Shown: positions 30,524 to 42,113, numbered from the stretch's first letter. The stretch is 64,000 bases of DNA from Oikopleura dioica (GCA_907165135.1 OU015568.1:6324001-6388000), one strand, 5' to 3'. The notes: a model not told the origin generated them from the sequence alone. Numbers and translations: made by a program.

Positions 30524-31282
30524 ATGTCCGAAAAGAATGAATTGTCAGGTAAAAATCATCGGAAAAAAACGGGTTTTAATTTTCAGCGTACTTCTGGGTC
30601 GCGACAGGACTTTTTGTTCTTTCGATCATAATCGTCATCATCTGCACGATTTTGAACTTCAAGCACGATGATTCGGAGCAAAATAAAGTGATGGATGTTT
30701 TGGAGAAGAAAAGTAATGCGCTGATCAACAATGTCAGGAAGGGTTTTTCGACGATTTGGTAATGACTGGGCTCGGGAACCTGTGTTGAAATCCTGACTCA
30801 GGATTCCTGAGTCAGAGTCTGAAAGCCGCGGTTTGAAATTCCGGCGAAGCCGCCTCGCGGCTTCGGATTTTTAAAAGCCGCTACGCGGCTTTTCTTCTAT
30901 TATCTCTCAGACCCTGAGTCAGGTTTTCTACACATGTTTTCGATCCTGTGGTAATGAATTGTCGGCTATTTTAAACGCAAAAAAAACCTGAAATAGCAAT
31001 ACTTCTTCCCAAATGTCCAACAAGTTCAAATCCGCTTATTCGATGCACACTTGCAAAAGCCACCTCTCGGAAATAGAAGAAAAGGATTCAGAAGAAAACC
31101 TTCCTGATGAAGCACCGTCTGTACTGTCACATGATGTGATTGAAATTGATGTGGATCAAGTGGAGATAACAGAAGCGGAAAGCGTGGCGAACATTGGATG
31201 CGGACCGGAACGATTGTCTTCTTATATTCCCATGTTTAGTTACTATTCTTCCAAGCAGAATTCTGAGACGTTGAATAAATAA
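30524..31282 (+). CDS. Small single-pass membrane protein, 3 exons
   Basis: MSEKNELS|AYFWVATGLFVLSIIIVIICTILNFK (transmembrane segment)...FSTI|CNTSSQMSNK...; the phases fit across two GT-AG introns. Confidence 0.6.
30766..30948. mobile_element. hAT-like MITE, family A, with TSD (T)GGTAATGA
   Basis: TGGTAATGA at 30757-30765 and 30949-30957 flanks the element. Confidence 0.85.
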
Positions 31283-31507
31283 AAATGTCTGTTGAATTTA
31301 ATTTTCTGGATTCCAATCTAGAGAAAGCGTTTCATTGAATCACAGCAGGGCTATCGGCTCAGTTGGTTCGGTCTAAGAATTTTGATTTCGAGAATTGGCT
31401 TCGACTGATTTCGTTTTCCCTATTTTGGCAGGAGTCAGGCTGTTATCAGGCCTGTGATATATTCACTTTTTCAAAAATTCTGAAATCGAATTGTGAAAGG
31501 GCGAAAA

Positions 31508-32355
31508 ATGGATCTTAAGAGGAGAGATGAAAGTTCTTTCAATCCTTCGTGGGCTCAAACTGGATATTGCATGGAATGTGACGGATTCAAGGATGATATC
31601 CACTGTCTCATGAAAGAGAAAATAACAGTTTGCTTCGAATGATAAGGACTTTGAATTGATCTTTTATCATCTGTAACTAAAAATAGCTAAACAATCAACA
31701 GCTTGTTCTGCGTAACATTAATTGAAATGTAATTTCTTTCGAAGTCCGTCGATAGCTACAAGAACTATCCAAGTTCATCTTATGGCGCTCATGCTTTTAC
31801 TAAGAAAAAGTTCGAATGCCCAGCAAATAAGTGTGGTGCTGAGAATCTTTCTCCTCGAGGCTTCTTCATCGGCTCTTGTTGCGATGATGCCAAGAAGAAA
31901 CAATCTGCAGGCCTGGGTTGACTGCAATTTGCAAATATTTCGAATTTATGTTTTCAATAATTGCTAATCCATAGTTGAAGAAAAAGCTGCTCATCTTGGC
32001 GTCGTCACAAAAAGATTCAAGGAAGCTTGCGCTGACTCTGAAAACCTTGAGAAAGCACTCAAAAATACAAAGGTGGATGTTGAAAACTTGAAGTTCTCGG
32101 TCCAAGCTGCACATGACTTATTGACATACGCAGGTACTATATTTATTTATTTTAGCTTGCTCCCTTTTAATTTCAGAACGACCCACTTGCAACGTCTGCT
32201 TCGAGTCGTTCAACGACAACGATCGTCAGGAATCCACTCTTCTGTGCGGCCATGTTGCCTGCTACAGCTGCTTGGCGAAACTTCTTCAGAAGCACTGCCC
32301 AACATGTCGAAAGGCATACACCGCCGAGCAGATCATCCGGCTGTACAAGAATTAG
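31508..32355 (+). CDS. Cys-rich/coiled-coil protein with a C-terminal RING-HC finger (putative E3 ligase)
   Basis: The last exon encodes CNVCFESF...LLCGHVACYSCL...CPTCRK (C3HC4). Upstream exons splice in phase through GT-AG introns. Confidence 0.85.
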
Positions 32356-33010
32356 ATTCTTCCTGCTTTTCTCCGAATCTCAGAATTCGTCGAGAATAAA
32401 TGAAAAATACAAAAAAAATCGAGTTTATTGAAATTTTTTTTAATAATAGGGAAATCCGGTATAGATTCTAAGGAAGCAAAAAAGTTACAGTATAAATTCT
32501 TGGACCGGGGGGCGCGGAACGCTAGTATCTACAAAACCACGAAGTTTCCATAGACAGATCGTTATCGCAAAAAGGAAATTCTAGATCTGCCGCTGCTGCG
32601 CCAAGTCGCGGAGTAGCGGAGTTGCCAAACGCCGTGGCGGTGGTGCTGCTGCTGCATATTCTAAGTGAAATTCGGCTTCCTCCGATGACGGGTGCTCCAT
32701 CAACTTTGAAGTGTTTCGCCTTGGCCACTTGTGCACTCTTCAGATTCACTTTTATCAACTCAGCGCCAGTTCCCCGGACAGCTCTTGGGACACCTTATGC
32801 CACAATAATTATCAAAACTAAATGAAAGCGAAGAAATCAACAATCAAAACCTTGAACTACCGAGAAGTATTTTTTCTTAACCTTATCGTTTTGACTTTGA
32901 GGAGACGAGTCAAGTCTCAATCCCTTTCTGGTTTCGAATTTCTAATCCTCTCGGGTGCTACTGATTTCAGAATAGCAGGCTTACATTCAATAGAGAAAAA
33001 AGCAAGGTAG

Positions 33011-36000
33011 ATGAAGGTAAGCATTTTTATTTTTTAGTGAGTAGAGATCAAGGCAAGAATTTTTTCAAAAATATTGGTGAAATTTGAGTACGACACCCTT
33101 AATTGTGTTGAAGCCGCAAAAAGGTAAAATTGATTTGTAGCCTCTCATACTTGCATCGTTCATTATTTCTGCTGATTGGGTCACAGCCGAGTATGACACA
33201 ACAACAACAACGTATTGGAAGCCATGGACCACAACAACAGCAACCACAACAACAAGATGGCCCCTATGGACCACTACTTATGGTACCAACTCATGGGATC
33301 CATACTTTTTGAACTGTGGAGGGTGGATTACATCGCCGCAGACCTTGACGTCTCCGAATTTCCCAGCCAACTATCCGGGCAAAGCGCGCTGCAGCTGGAC
33401 CATCAGGCTAGATTATCCATTTGACATCGTGCCAAAAGTATTTGAAGTAGAATACGAAGATGATAGAAAATTACGCCCAAGATGTCGTTCTGATGGTCTT
33501 AGAATCTTTCACAGGGATAGAAAGACTGATGAGTACCGCAATACTATTCATTGTGGGTCAAATTCGAATTGGACTTTCCAAGCAGAGGTGTCAAGAATCG
33601 AGATGAATGACGAGGAAGAGCAAGAAAGGGTTTTGACCTGGGGAAGAGTTCCCGTCGTTGGTCTTCCAACTCTTCATGTGAAAGGGGGATACTGAATTGT
33701 ATAAACGGGCCTGGCCTTCCCTTCGGGTCGGCTTGGCCCAGTTGCCGACTGAATTGTATAAACGGGCCTGGCCTCCCCTTCGGGTCGGCTTGCCCCCGCC
33801 GTAGATTGAATTGTATAAACGGGCCTGGAATCGGTTGAAGACCTGTTAAAATGATTCCGTTAGAGTTGAGAAGCGTTTTGATATACATATTTCGAGTGGT
33901 CGTCATTTGCCCAAGTCGTCATCTGCCCAAGTCGTCATCTGCCCAGGTCGTCATCTGCCCAACTTGGGCAAATGACGATCTTGGGTGAATGACGATCAGT
34001 AATTGAATTTCAATTTCAAAAAGCTTTTCTGTGTTTCACAGGAACGGATTCATCACTGTCCATGTCCGGAAGTCCGATCGATATATTTCAGAGTATTATA
34101 CTCTTCCATACTTGGAGCTAGCTTCCGGAGGAGATTCATAACTTTTCTCTACTTTTCAAAAGTTATTACTCAAGTTCAAAAGTGTACCGAGAGTTGGCTG
34201 CCGATTCACTCGGCCCGAGTACCCTCGGTTCCACTGGGACTGTTCCACTTCGACATTTTAATTCAATCAATTCAAATTAAATTTCATTCAAAGTTCAGAC
34301 TAAACACAAGACCGACTTTAGCACCTTTTTCCGGCGCCAAGCGTTAGAAAGGCGTATACGCGCAGCTTATTTAAAATAGGCTATAGTTGGCGAAAACTCA
34401 TTACACGTTGCTTTTCGAAACGGTGCTTATGTCCCAGATTCTAGCAGACGAAATTGTTTTCTCAACAAAAACTGTTGAATTTGAACTGATAAGAGGCCAA
34501 CTTCCTGCGAGTAGTCTTCTCGCAAGTAGTCAGTTAAACTTTTATCTTGCTGCATTTTTCTTAAATTTTGAGTTCAATTGCATCGTCATTCACCCAGGTC
34601 GTCATTTGCCCAAGTTGGGCAGATGACGATCTTGGGCAGATGACGACCACTCACATATTTCAGCATTTTGTGAATATTTAGAGCGTGAACCGCCTTGAAC
34701 CGCTGTGATCCGGGCGGTCAACCAAGCGGTTCGGTTTGAAAACCTGTTGAAATGATTCCTTAAGAGTAGAGAAGCGTTTTGATATACATATTTTAATATT
34801 TTCTTAATATTAAGAGCATGAACCGCCCTGAACCGCCGTGAACCGAGCGTTCAACCAAGCGGTTGTGTTCGAAAACCTTTTCAAATGATTCCTTTTGAGT
34901 AGAGAAGCGTTTTGATATACATATATCAGCATTTTGATAGTATAAAGAGCGTGAACCGGCTTGAACCGCTGTGAACCACTGTGAACCGCGCGGTCAACCA
35001 AGCGGTTTGGATCGAAAATATGTTGAAACGACTTGTTATGGAAAAATATGCGTTTTGATATACATATTGCCGGATCTCGACCCTTCTAAAGGCTTGAACC
35101 GCGACGAACCGCCAGAATGACCGGCTGGTTCTTAATAAACCACCTCGATGAATTCAGTGACTCATAAGCTTCAAGAAAAGCTATAGATCGTTATCATAGC
35201 ACGCCTAGATCAAAAGTTGAAATTCTTGAATTTTCATATTTGGTAGTTTCAGTCAACTTTGAGGCGCTAGAAAATCTCAGAGGTAGCCCGGATCATGAAT
35301 TTTTTTTCAGTTATGAGAAGAATAGACACTCAACTATCATATCATGAAGTTTGAGCAAAATCGATATGTGAGATGCCTGCCAAAAGTCCCTTTGACTGAC
35401 ATAAGAGCATTATTTCTCATCAAAAATTGACGAAAATTTAGCTCAATATTGAAGTTTTGAAAAATCTGCTAGTGAAGTTATTCCTTGTTTTGTTTGACGA
35501 ATGTTACCCATAAATGGCGCGCAAAAGTACTCAAGGGTGAAGAAAATCGATTTAAGCCGCGATAAGCCTAGGGATAAATTATCCTAAGGGATACACGAGC
35601 TTGAAACTCTGGACTGATGGATATAAAGAATTTGCCGGCTTCAAGTTGGAAATTGTCCCTGCATATCCGAAATACTATTTGGATAAAATTGACGAAAAGA
35701 TTCAAGTAATTACTTTCGAGTTTGATGTTTTTTTGAAATTGCTGAGAATCAATTTTAGAACATTACCAATTCTCTTCCAAAGAATAAATTCGGCCGGAAC
35801 ACAGCATTTTATAGACGATTCAACGCTAAAATGACACGGGTTTTGGGAAAATTTGACTCATCGAACTTCGAAGATCTCTGCTACGAAGAAAATGGCTTCG
35901 AATCAAGGCAAGAAATCCACACTGATTTTGGCACCGAAAACCTTTGCAATGCAAATCTACAGCTAAACGATGCCATTAACAATTTTGCTGCAAACTTTGC

Positions 36001-36085
36001 CTGCGATGGACGAGGCAAACTTTTTCGAAAAATGACCCGACATGCTAGAAGAACGAAAGAATATTTCATCAAAAATTTTTGCTAA
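33011..36085 (+). CDS. Secreted Thr-rich + CUB-domain protein; join(33011..33016,33141..33587,35589..35705,35759..36085), 298 aa
   Basis: Signal peptide MKPLILASFIISADWVTA, Thr-rich linker, CUB domain CGGWI...LTSPNFPANYP..ARCSWTI...C..D.L...HCGS...LKLWTDG..FAGFKL, and a Cys-containing helical C-terminus (ENLCNANLQL..AINNFAANFACDGRG). Total 897 nt, in frame. Confidence 0.85.
33693..33828. repeat. 57-bp tandem repeat (2.4 units) containing a GC stem with a TTCG loop
   Basis: TGAATTGTATAAACGGGCCTGG starts at 33693, 33750 and 33807. Confidence 0.9.
33829..35064. repeat. ~133-bp satellite (GAACCGC-rich, about 4 units); the first unit is split by a Mutator-like element
   Basis: Recurrent GAACCGC..TGAACCG..CAACCAAGCGGTT..GAGAAGCGTTTTGATATACATAT units near 33830, 34683, 34814 and 34948. 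Confidence 0.85.
33894..34652. mobile_element. 759-bp non-autonomous Mutator-like element with a 9-bp TSD
   Basis: ACATATTTC|GAGTGGTCGTCAT ... ATGACGACCACTC|ACATATTTC, with 16-bp subterminal repeats GTCGTCATCTGCCCAA. Confidence 0.85.
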
Positions 36086-36525
36086 AAACCGAAATACAAT
36101 TCTCTTTTCGATAATTCGTCTTGGCGGTCCTTAATTGCTCGAATTGAACTTCTCAAGAAAAAGAAAAGCGCTCGTCGCAGGTGCAGATGTCTGTCCGCTG
36201 TCACCTCGACTTGGCGTTTTTCGATGGAATAGCTCGATTTTGACTGCCGGAACTTTAATTGCATCCCAAGCGCGTTCCTATTTCTCCCAATCTCCAAATT
36301 GCCTGTTTGGAGTTTCCGAAGCCGATTTCGAATGACGAAATGAAAAAAGAATTCTCATTCGATTGGCGCCTAACATTCCTGCCTTGGCGACCGAAAACAA
36401 CTGTCCGGGAAATTAAATATAAACCACTTCTTTCCGGAAACAACCGTTTAGAAATAACGCTCCAGGGAGATATTTTTTTAATTCGGAGAATTTGATTTCT
36501 TTGGAAGTTTCGTGCAAAATTACTC

Positions 36526-37036
36526 ATGGAAATGCAAATATTCAATGTGCAAGTTTTACGTCTATTTGGTTTTTGAGAGTCAATAAAATCTGAATAAAAG
36601 CAGAAAAGATTCTTCACTTTGCTTTACAATATAAAAGGCTGCACAACTGGGAATATATTTTGCATTATATCTACTGAGTGTTATAATCTGTTTGATATAT
36701 TATACTATCAAATATTCCCTTTGTTTTTGCAAGAGAAATATCAACGGAGAGTCGTACTCTTTTTGTGACTGTCTATCCGATTGTCAGGGCGCTTTTTGCG
36801 ACCGTATTTGCAAGAAAAATGATGAAAATGAAGAAGCTACTCATCTATCAAGAAGATCATCAGTCAGAACACAACCGAGACATGGACCGAGAGGGTTGCC
36901 AGTCAGTGTTCAAACTTCAAACACAGATACAGTTCCATCGATTTCAAGAGAGGTCCAAATTCGAATGGAAGAAGAAGAGCATGAAGACAAACCACCGACT
37001 TATGAAGATATATTTCACACTGAAGCTGAGTTTTGA
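36526..37036 (+). CDS. Cys-rich single-pass membrane protein with a PPxY motif, paralog 1
   Basis: Short first exon plus an exon from 36638: transmembrane segment (LGIYFALYLLSVIICLIYY), Cys cluster, DTVPSISREVQ...DKPPTYEDIF. Confidence 0.7.
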
Positions 37037-37217
37037 TGATCAAATACTCATTATTTTTGTGCACTTTTATTTAAATAAAAATCTTGTTCTTCGACTTTTT
37101 CAGCTCTTGCAAATTTGTCATGGAAATTCAAATATTCAACATGTATTTAACGTCTATTTGAGAGCCAATTAAATGTCGATAAAATGAGAATTGATCCTGC
37201 ACTTTGCTACAAAATAA

Positions 37218-37550
37218 ATGCCGAAACCGGTCCTTGCGATTCCTTTATCTTTACTTTTAATTTTTATCTTTTTTATTTTTGTCTGTCTTTTGAAAAATGG
37301 CTGTTGCAAGTGTTTCTACAAAGAAAAAGAGGAAGAAATAGATGAAAATGAAGAAGTTGCTCCTCGATCAAGAATACCAAATCCACCGAGAGGATTACCT
37401 GTCAGAGCTTCACCACTTCCAACTTCAAACGCAGATACAGTTCCATCAATTTCAAGAGAGGTCCAAATTCGAATGGAGGAAGAAGAAGAGCGTGAAGACA
37501 AACCACCAGCTTATGACGATTTGTTTCACACTGAAGCTGAATTTCGATGA
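37218..37550 (+). CDS. Cys-rich single-pass membrane protein with a PPxY motif, paralog 2
   Basis: Intact 110-aa ORF: transmembrane segment, GCCKC, DTVPSISREVQ...DKPPAYDDLF. Confidence 0.75.
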   Translation: MPKPVLAIPLSLLLIFIFFIFVCLLKNGCCKCFYKEKEEEIDENEEVAPRSRIPNPPRGLPVRASPLPTSNADTVPSISREVQIRMEEEEEREDKPPAYDDLFHTEAEFR

Positions 37551-37759
37551 TCAAATACTAATTATCAAAAACAACTGAAGAAAGTAGTGAAAATGATGAG
37601 CCACGAGCATATAAAGACTTATTCGAGACCGAGAAACAATCCTAAAACTTGTCGTCTTTTCCTACACAGAAAGTGCTCTAGCTGATGATATTTAATAATC
37701 AATAAAACTTGAGTGAAAACAGAGTCGCTACACAGTATCTAATTTGTCAACCAGAGAAA

Positions 37760-38194
37760 ATGGCAAATGATCGTAGTTGCTGTTGCATTTTTCTTGCTTA
37801 TATTTTCGCGCCAGTTTGGATGGTAATTGTCGCGCAATATCTTAATATTAAATATTGGTTTATCTGCTGGGGATACTGCTTTACCGCAATTCTTTTTTGC
37901 GACTGTAAACCGTGGTGTTGTCTGCCATGCAAGTGCTGTAATGAATATTGTGACATTGTAACGAGGATGCTAGGCTGGAAGAGAAAACCTAAGACAAATT
38001 GTCCGGACATACATGGACTAGATGATCGGGCTACTACTCAGCTGAGAATATCTCCAGTGACAGTGCAACCGGGAAATACGAACAGAGATACAGTTCCATC
38101 GATTTCAAGTGAAGTTCAAACTCGAATTGAAAACGAAGCTGATGAAGCGGATGATAAGCCACCGACTTACAACGAAATATTTTCTGACTTCTAA
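37760..38194 (+). CDS. Cys-rich membrane protein with a PPxY motif, paralog 3
   Basis: ORF from ATG 37760: hydrophobic, Cys-rich N-terminal half, then DTVPSISSEVQ...DKPPTYNEIF. Confidence 0.75.
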   Translation: MANDRSCCCIFLAYIFAPVWMVIVAQYLNIKYWFICWGYCFTAILFCDCKPWCCLPCKCCNEYCDIVTRMLGWKRKPKTNCPDIHGLDDRATTQLRISPVTVQPGNTNRDTVPSISSEVQTRIENEADEADDKPPTYNEIFSDF

Positions 38195-39307
38195 AATACC
38201 TGGTATTCTGTCGATTGTAGAGTCAATTGCCTCAATAGAATTTGCAAACACTGTTCACGTTGCTCTGCTCCATTCTTGGAAACCCGAATACCCTTATGCG
38301 TCTAATTTCAGGGATGGCGTTTTCGTATTTTCAAAAGCTGCAACATCCTGCCCAGTGGGTGACGCCCGGTCAGCTCCAGTCGGAACTACCGGCCATCTCT
38401 ATTTCATCAATCCGAGCGAATTCCAGCGATAATTGTTTTTGCTTTTTTATATATAAAGAAGATAGCGCCGGTTGTTTTCAATTCCAACTGGAATTTTTAG
38501 CCAACACCCTTGATTAGGAAACCGAATTTTTAGACGCAAAAATGAGTGTTCATTACAGTCAGTTTTGTTTATTTCAAATCATAGTATTGAAAATCACGAT
38601 CAAAGCTATTTACAGCAAATAGACTTTAAGTCCTCCTTTTGTCGGATTTCCGGTATTCTAAGGAGAACGGAATTATGCAAATATCTGGCCACAAAGTAAG
38701 GAGATGGCGGCGCGCGATGAGTGGCGGATGATCCCTGTGCCATTCACAGCTGAGCGCGCGGGTCACCGCGGTCACCTTTCAAAAGAAAGTCGACCGGTCA
38801 GTCACTTCTTTCTCTTTCTTTTTTGTTAGATATTCAAGTGGCACAAACACATCTAGCGGCACCAAGTTTGAAATGGAAAAGATAGACAATGCAACGCAAA
38901 TAAATAAATTCCCGAGTAAACCGCCAATCTGGTCGATAATCATTCTAGTGCCAGTTACAAATAGATATTTTGTTTGTTTAGGCTTTATTATCGCCAGGAA
39001 AGTTAAAATAAAGAAGATGAGTTAACCTAAAATCATCACGTTGGGTTATAACTGATAAGACGTCTTCCAAAAGCCTCGAAGGTTTGTCCGTCTCAGGAAA
39101 ACATCCCCAGATAAGCATGTTTTAACAAAGTGGCCGCTGAGCAGTTCCATTCAAAAGCGTAAATGTACCGATTTTCGAACTGAGTCAGTCAAATTGAGGA
39201 ATTGATTTTGACGCGTCGAGGAATCAAGGGTCAGTTGCTTGCTTTATGCTGGTGCGTTTTTTACGATTTCAGTTTCAAAAAAGAAGAGAAGGGGAGAGAA
39301 GTTTAAG

Positions 39308-39638
39308 ATGGAGGAAGTAAACAGAATCGTCAAGATTATTTCGATTGTTCTTATGATCCTTCTTTCTGTCACTATTTCAGGAAATGGGTATTTTTCAATA
39401 AAAAATTCTGAATTAAAATCTTATAAAAACCCATTTAAAAAGCGTTCATATTCACACTGGCAGCTCACTACTGGATTCACAGGAACATGTCCGAATTCCC
39501 GAAAAGTTGCGCACCATCAATTTTGACATCTTTCAAAAAGAGAGTTTGATCCAAATTACCATTCCTAAAACCTCCTTTTCCGACTTGAAATCAGCGTCAA
39601 CCCAGTCATGTCCGTCATCATCGTCAATTGAAAATTGA
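39308..39638 (+). CDS. Possible small secreted/membrane protein (2 exons)
   Basis: MEEVNRIVKIISIVLMILLSVTISGN(G)|SLLDSQEHVRIPEK... via a phase-2 GT-AG intron; no recognisable domain. Confidence 0.35.
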
Positions 39639-40364
39639 AAAATGAAGAAAAATGATCAAATCCGGAAGCTACTGTAAAAAAACGGAATAAATTGAAGAAA
39701 AATGTTTTAGCAATTTGGCATTTAGCTTAGCCGGTTCGCAATAAATGAGAAATGCTCAAGAAATAACTTGAATTTTCTGATTTTCTTGGTCATTGATTTA
39801 TTCAATATTACATGATAAAATCAAGTTAAGCTCGCTTATAGGCGCCTCTGCCTGTAATTAGCGGCTAGTAATGGCTCCATTCGGAAGAATATGTTTCTAA
39901 GTATAGTTGAAGCAAGTCAGAATAATCGTCCGTTGCGAAAAATCGAAGAGCGATTGTATTAACGTCTCCTTAATTCGCCACTTGACATTGATTCGAGCTG
40001 CGATTATTCCAGCGAAACATTAAAAATTATCGAGAGTCGGGATAATTTAGACTTACACCGTCTTTAATTTTCCACCTCCGGAAACGCGCCCCATTAACGA
40101 TCGAACGCGACCGTTAAATCAACAACACACAAGCATCCTCAATAATCCTGACACCCTTAATAATCAAAACTAACCAAGATATTGGAAAAGGTTGGTGCAA
40201 GGCGAAGGGTGTACCCTTGAGTCTTACTGGGTTATAATTAAGGGTGGTTTAAATAAACAAAACTAAGGCGGTTAAAATAAATTGCTCAATTTCCAATTTC
40301 CGGATTAAAGGATTTCCAACGATTCCTTGAAATTCTAAAAGGATATTTTCCACAGAAAAAATTA

Positions 40365-40652
40365 TCGTATTCACACCCTTATTTTACATCATCATTTGGT
40401 CAAAAAACCCCTTGCGGATTCGAGAAAAACCTAGAAAAGCCGCAATCTGCGCGGCTTTCATTGAGAATCTCGAAACCGCAAGCGATTGTTTAATCTAATG
40501 AACATGTAAAATAAGGGTGTCAATACGTTAATTCTCGCAAAAAGTCGAGAAAATCTTAATTTTGATAATAATTCAATATTTATTGAATATTATTAATAAA
40601 TTAGGATAGTCTCGACTTTTTGGGAGAAATAACGTATTGACATCCTTATTTT
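40365..40652. repeat. Adjacent palindromic elements of the TAAGGGTGTC family
   Basis: CACACCCTTATTTTACAT / ATGTAAAATAAGGGTGTC and AAGGGTGTCAATACG...AAAAAGTCGAGA / TCTCGACTTTTT...CGTATTGACATCCTT. Confidence 0.65.
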
Positions 40653-41800
40653 ATTTAAAAATAGTTAGTAGGTAGATCCTTAATCGCTATTCTGAGTAGC
40701 GTATTCCAATTTTTCCAATTCCTATTCTTTTAGGTTGATGAGAGGAATGATCCCTCAGGTGGTAAAATAATCTGCTAGCAGCTGGAACATAAAGCGTTCA
40801 AATATTCACTCAGCATTAAACACAGCCTCAAATATTTTCATTTCGCAAAAACTAGTGTCGGAAATGGCGATTTTCGGATGTTTGAAATGAGTTGACCACC
40901 GTGAACGGGCGGCGGAAGTTAGGACCACGTGGTTTGTCTAATGCCACACTTCTGCGGTCGCTTCTGGAAGAACAAGAATTTTGTGTCAAAAATGAAGAAA
41001 TGTTGAGAACTTGAAGGTTCTTTTCCTCCTTATCAGCGGCGCCTTGATGAATCTAAATCACCCCTCAGCGGGTGCTTATCGCGTCTAATGGGTTCCGAAT
41101 CCTGCTCAGAGCACCACCGCCAAGAGGAAGTCCATCCACGTTAATCATCAGCTCGCGAAAATTACGGCAGAAAAACGCGCGCAAAACTATTCGTCTCTTC
41201 AATTCTAGCGAAAAATAGAATCGGCCACTGTCATGAATTTAGCTCATTTTTGTTGGTTTCTTACAGCCGAACTTGGCGGTGGTGCATTCTTTTTTTTTGG
41301 TGGAGAGTTCTTCTTTCTGATTCGGTGGGCGTTTTCGTGTTATCAGAAGATTTTGCGGTCCCCATTTTAACGGATTTTCTAGAACAAATTTGTTTACTTA
41401 AAAAATTTTTTTCATTTTCTTTTTACTGATAAAATAAAAGGGGATTGTAAAAAGAAAAATTTCAAATTTTTGAAAAATAAACAATTTTGTTCTAGAAACT
41501 TTTTTTTCATCAAATTTCTATATTGGCGATTTTAACGGATTTTCGACCCGAAAAATAATGTCAAAAATCCGTTAAAATGACTCATTTTAAATGAGACCCC
41601 TTATTTCAAATTGAGCACCTTTATCAGCAGCTAGAAACCCTTAAAACCCAACTGTCCCGAAACAAGCTGATCCTCCTCTTCATTTTATTCATTTGAACCT
41701 GTTTCTTCCAAATTCAAATGAGCGAAGAATTCGCTGCGAAGGTATGAATATTCCGTTGTTCAACTAGAAAAAGAAGGCTGTCAACTCTCGAAGGAAAAAT

Positions 41801-42113
41801 TCAAAAATTGAGAGGGCCGGGGCACTTGTCCTTCTGTTTTGGGCTCCTTTGACTTTGGAGCGAACACAACAAATGTTTTTTCTTCTTTATCACACATCTC
41901 TTTTGGTTGTGGTTGTTTACGCTTTTTGAAGTGCATTCAAAATTTTTTCTGTGACTTTTGCGGTTCTTTGCTTTTGTGTGCTTTTGAGTACTTGGAAGGA
42001 TGAAAGTGATGCCTAGAAGAACTGTGGCGAAGGTTAGGGCCTGATAGGGGTGATAAGGCTTGTGTACTGTATACAAATTCTAGCGTACCAAACAACAATT
42101 GATTCCTTTTCAT
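41801..42113 (-). CDS. Possible small secreted, highly basic 4-Cys peptide
   Basis: Exon ALTFATVLLGITFILPSTQKHTKAKNRKSHRKNFEC...RC...LLC...KCPGPLNF* follows a CCTATCAG acceptor; a local ATG at 42113 needs a 34-bp intron. Confidence 0.35.

Noticed and set aside
33566-33600. Hammerhead core CTGATGAG (also 12541 and 48694)
   Set aside because: No stem II followed by GAAA; all three are inside coding exons.
33693-33828. CRISPR array (repeat plus variable spacer)
   Set aside because: Only 2.4 units, 14-bp variable parts, no cas genes, and it lies in a spliceosomal intron of an animal gene.
33544-33906. Minus-strand ORF with the repeated peptide GQADPKGRPGPFIQF
   Set aside because: By-product of the 57-bp (19-codon) tandem repeat.
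37183-37260. Kunitz-like peptide (LCYKINAETGPCDSF) in an alternative frame
   Set aside because: The remaining Kunitz cysteines are absent, and the overlapping frame is the intact PPxY paralog.
41085-41112. tRNA-like 3' end (GGGTTCCGAATCCTGCTCAGAGCACCA)
   Set aside because: No complementary 5' acceptor strand, D-arm or anticodon arm upstream.
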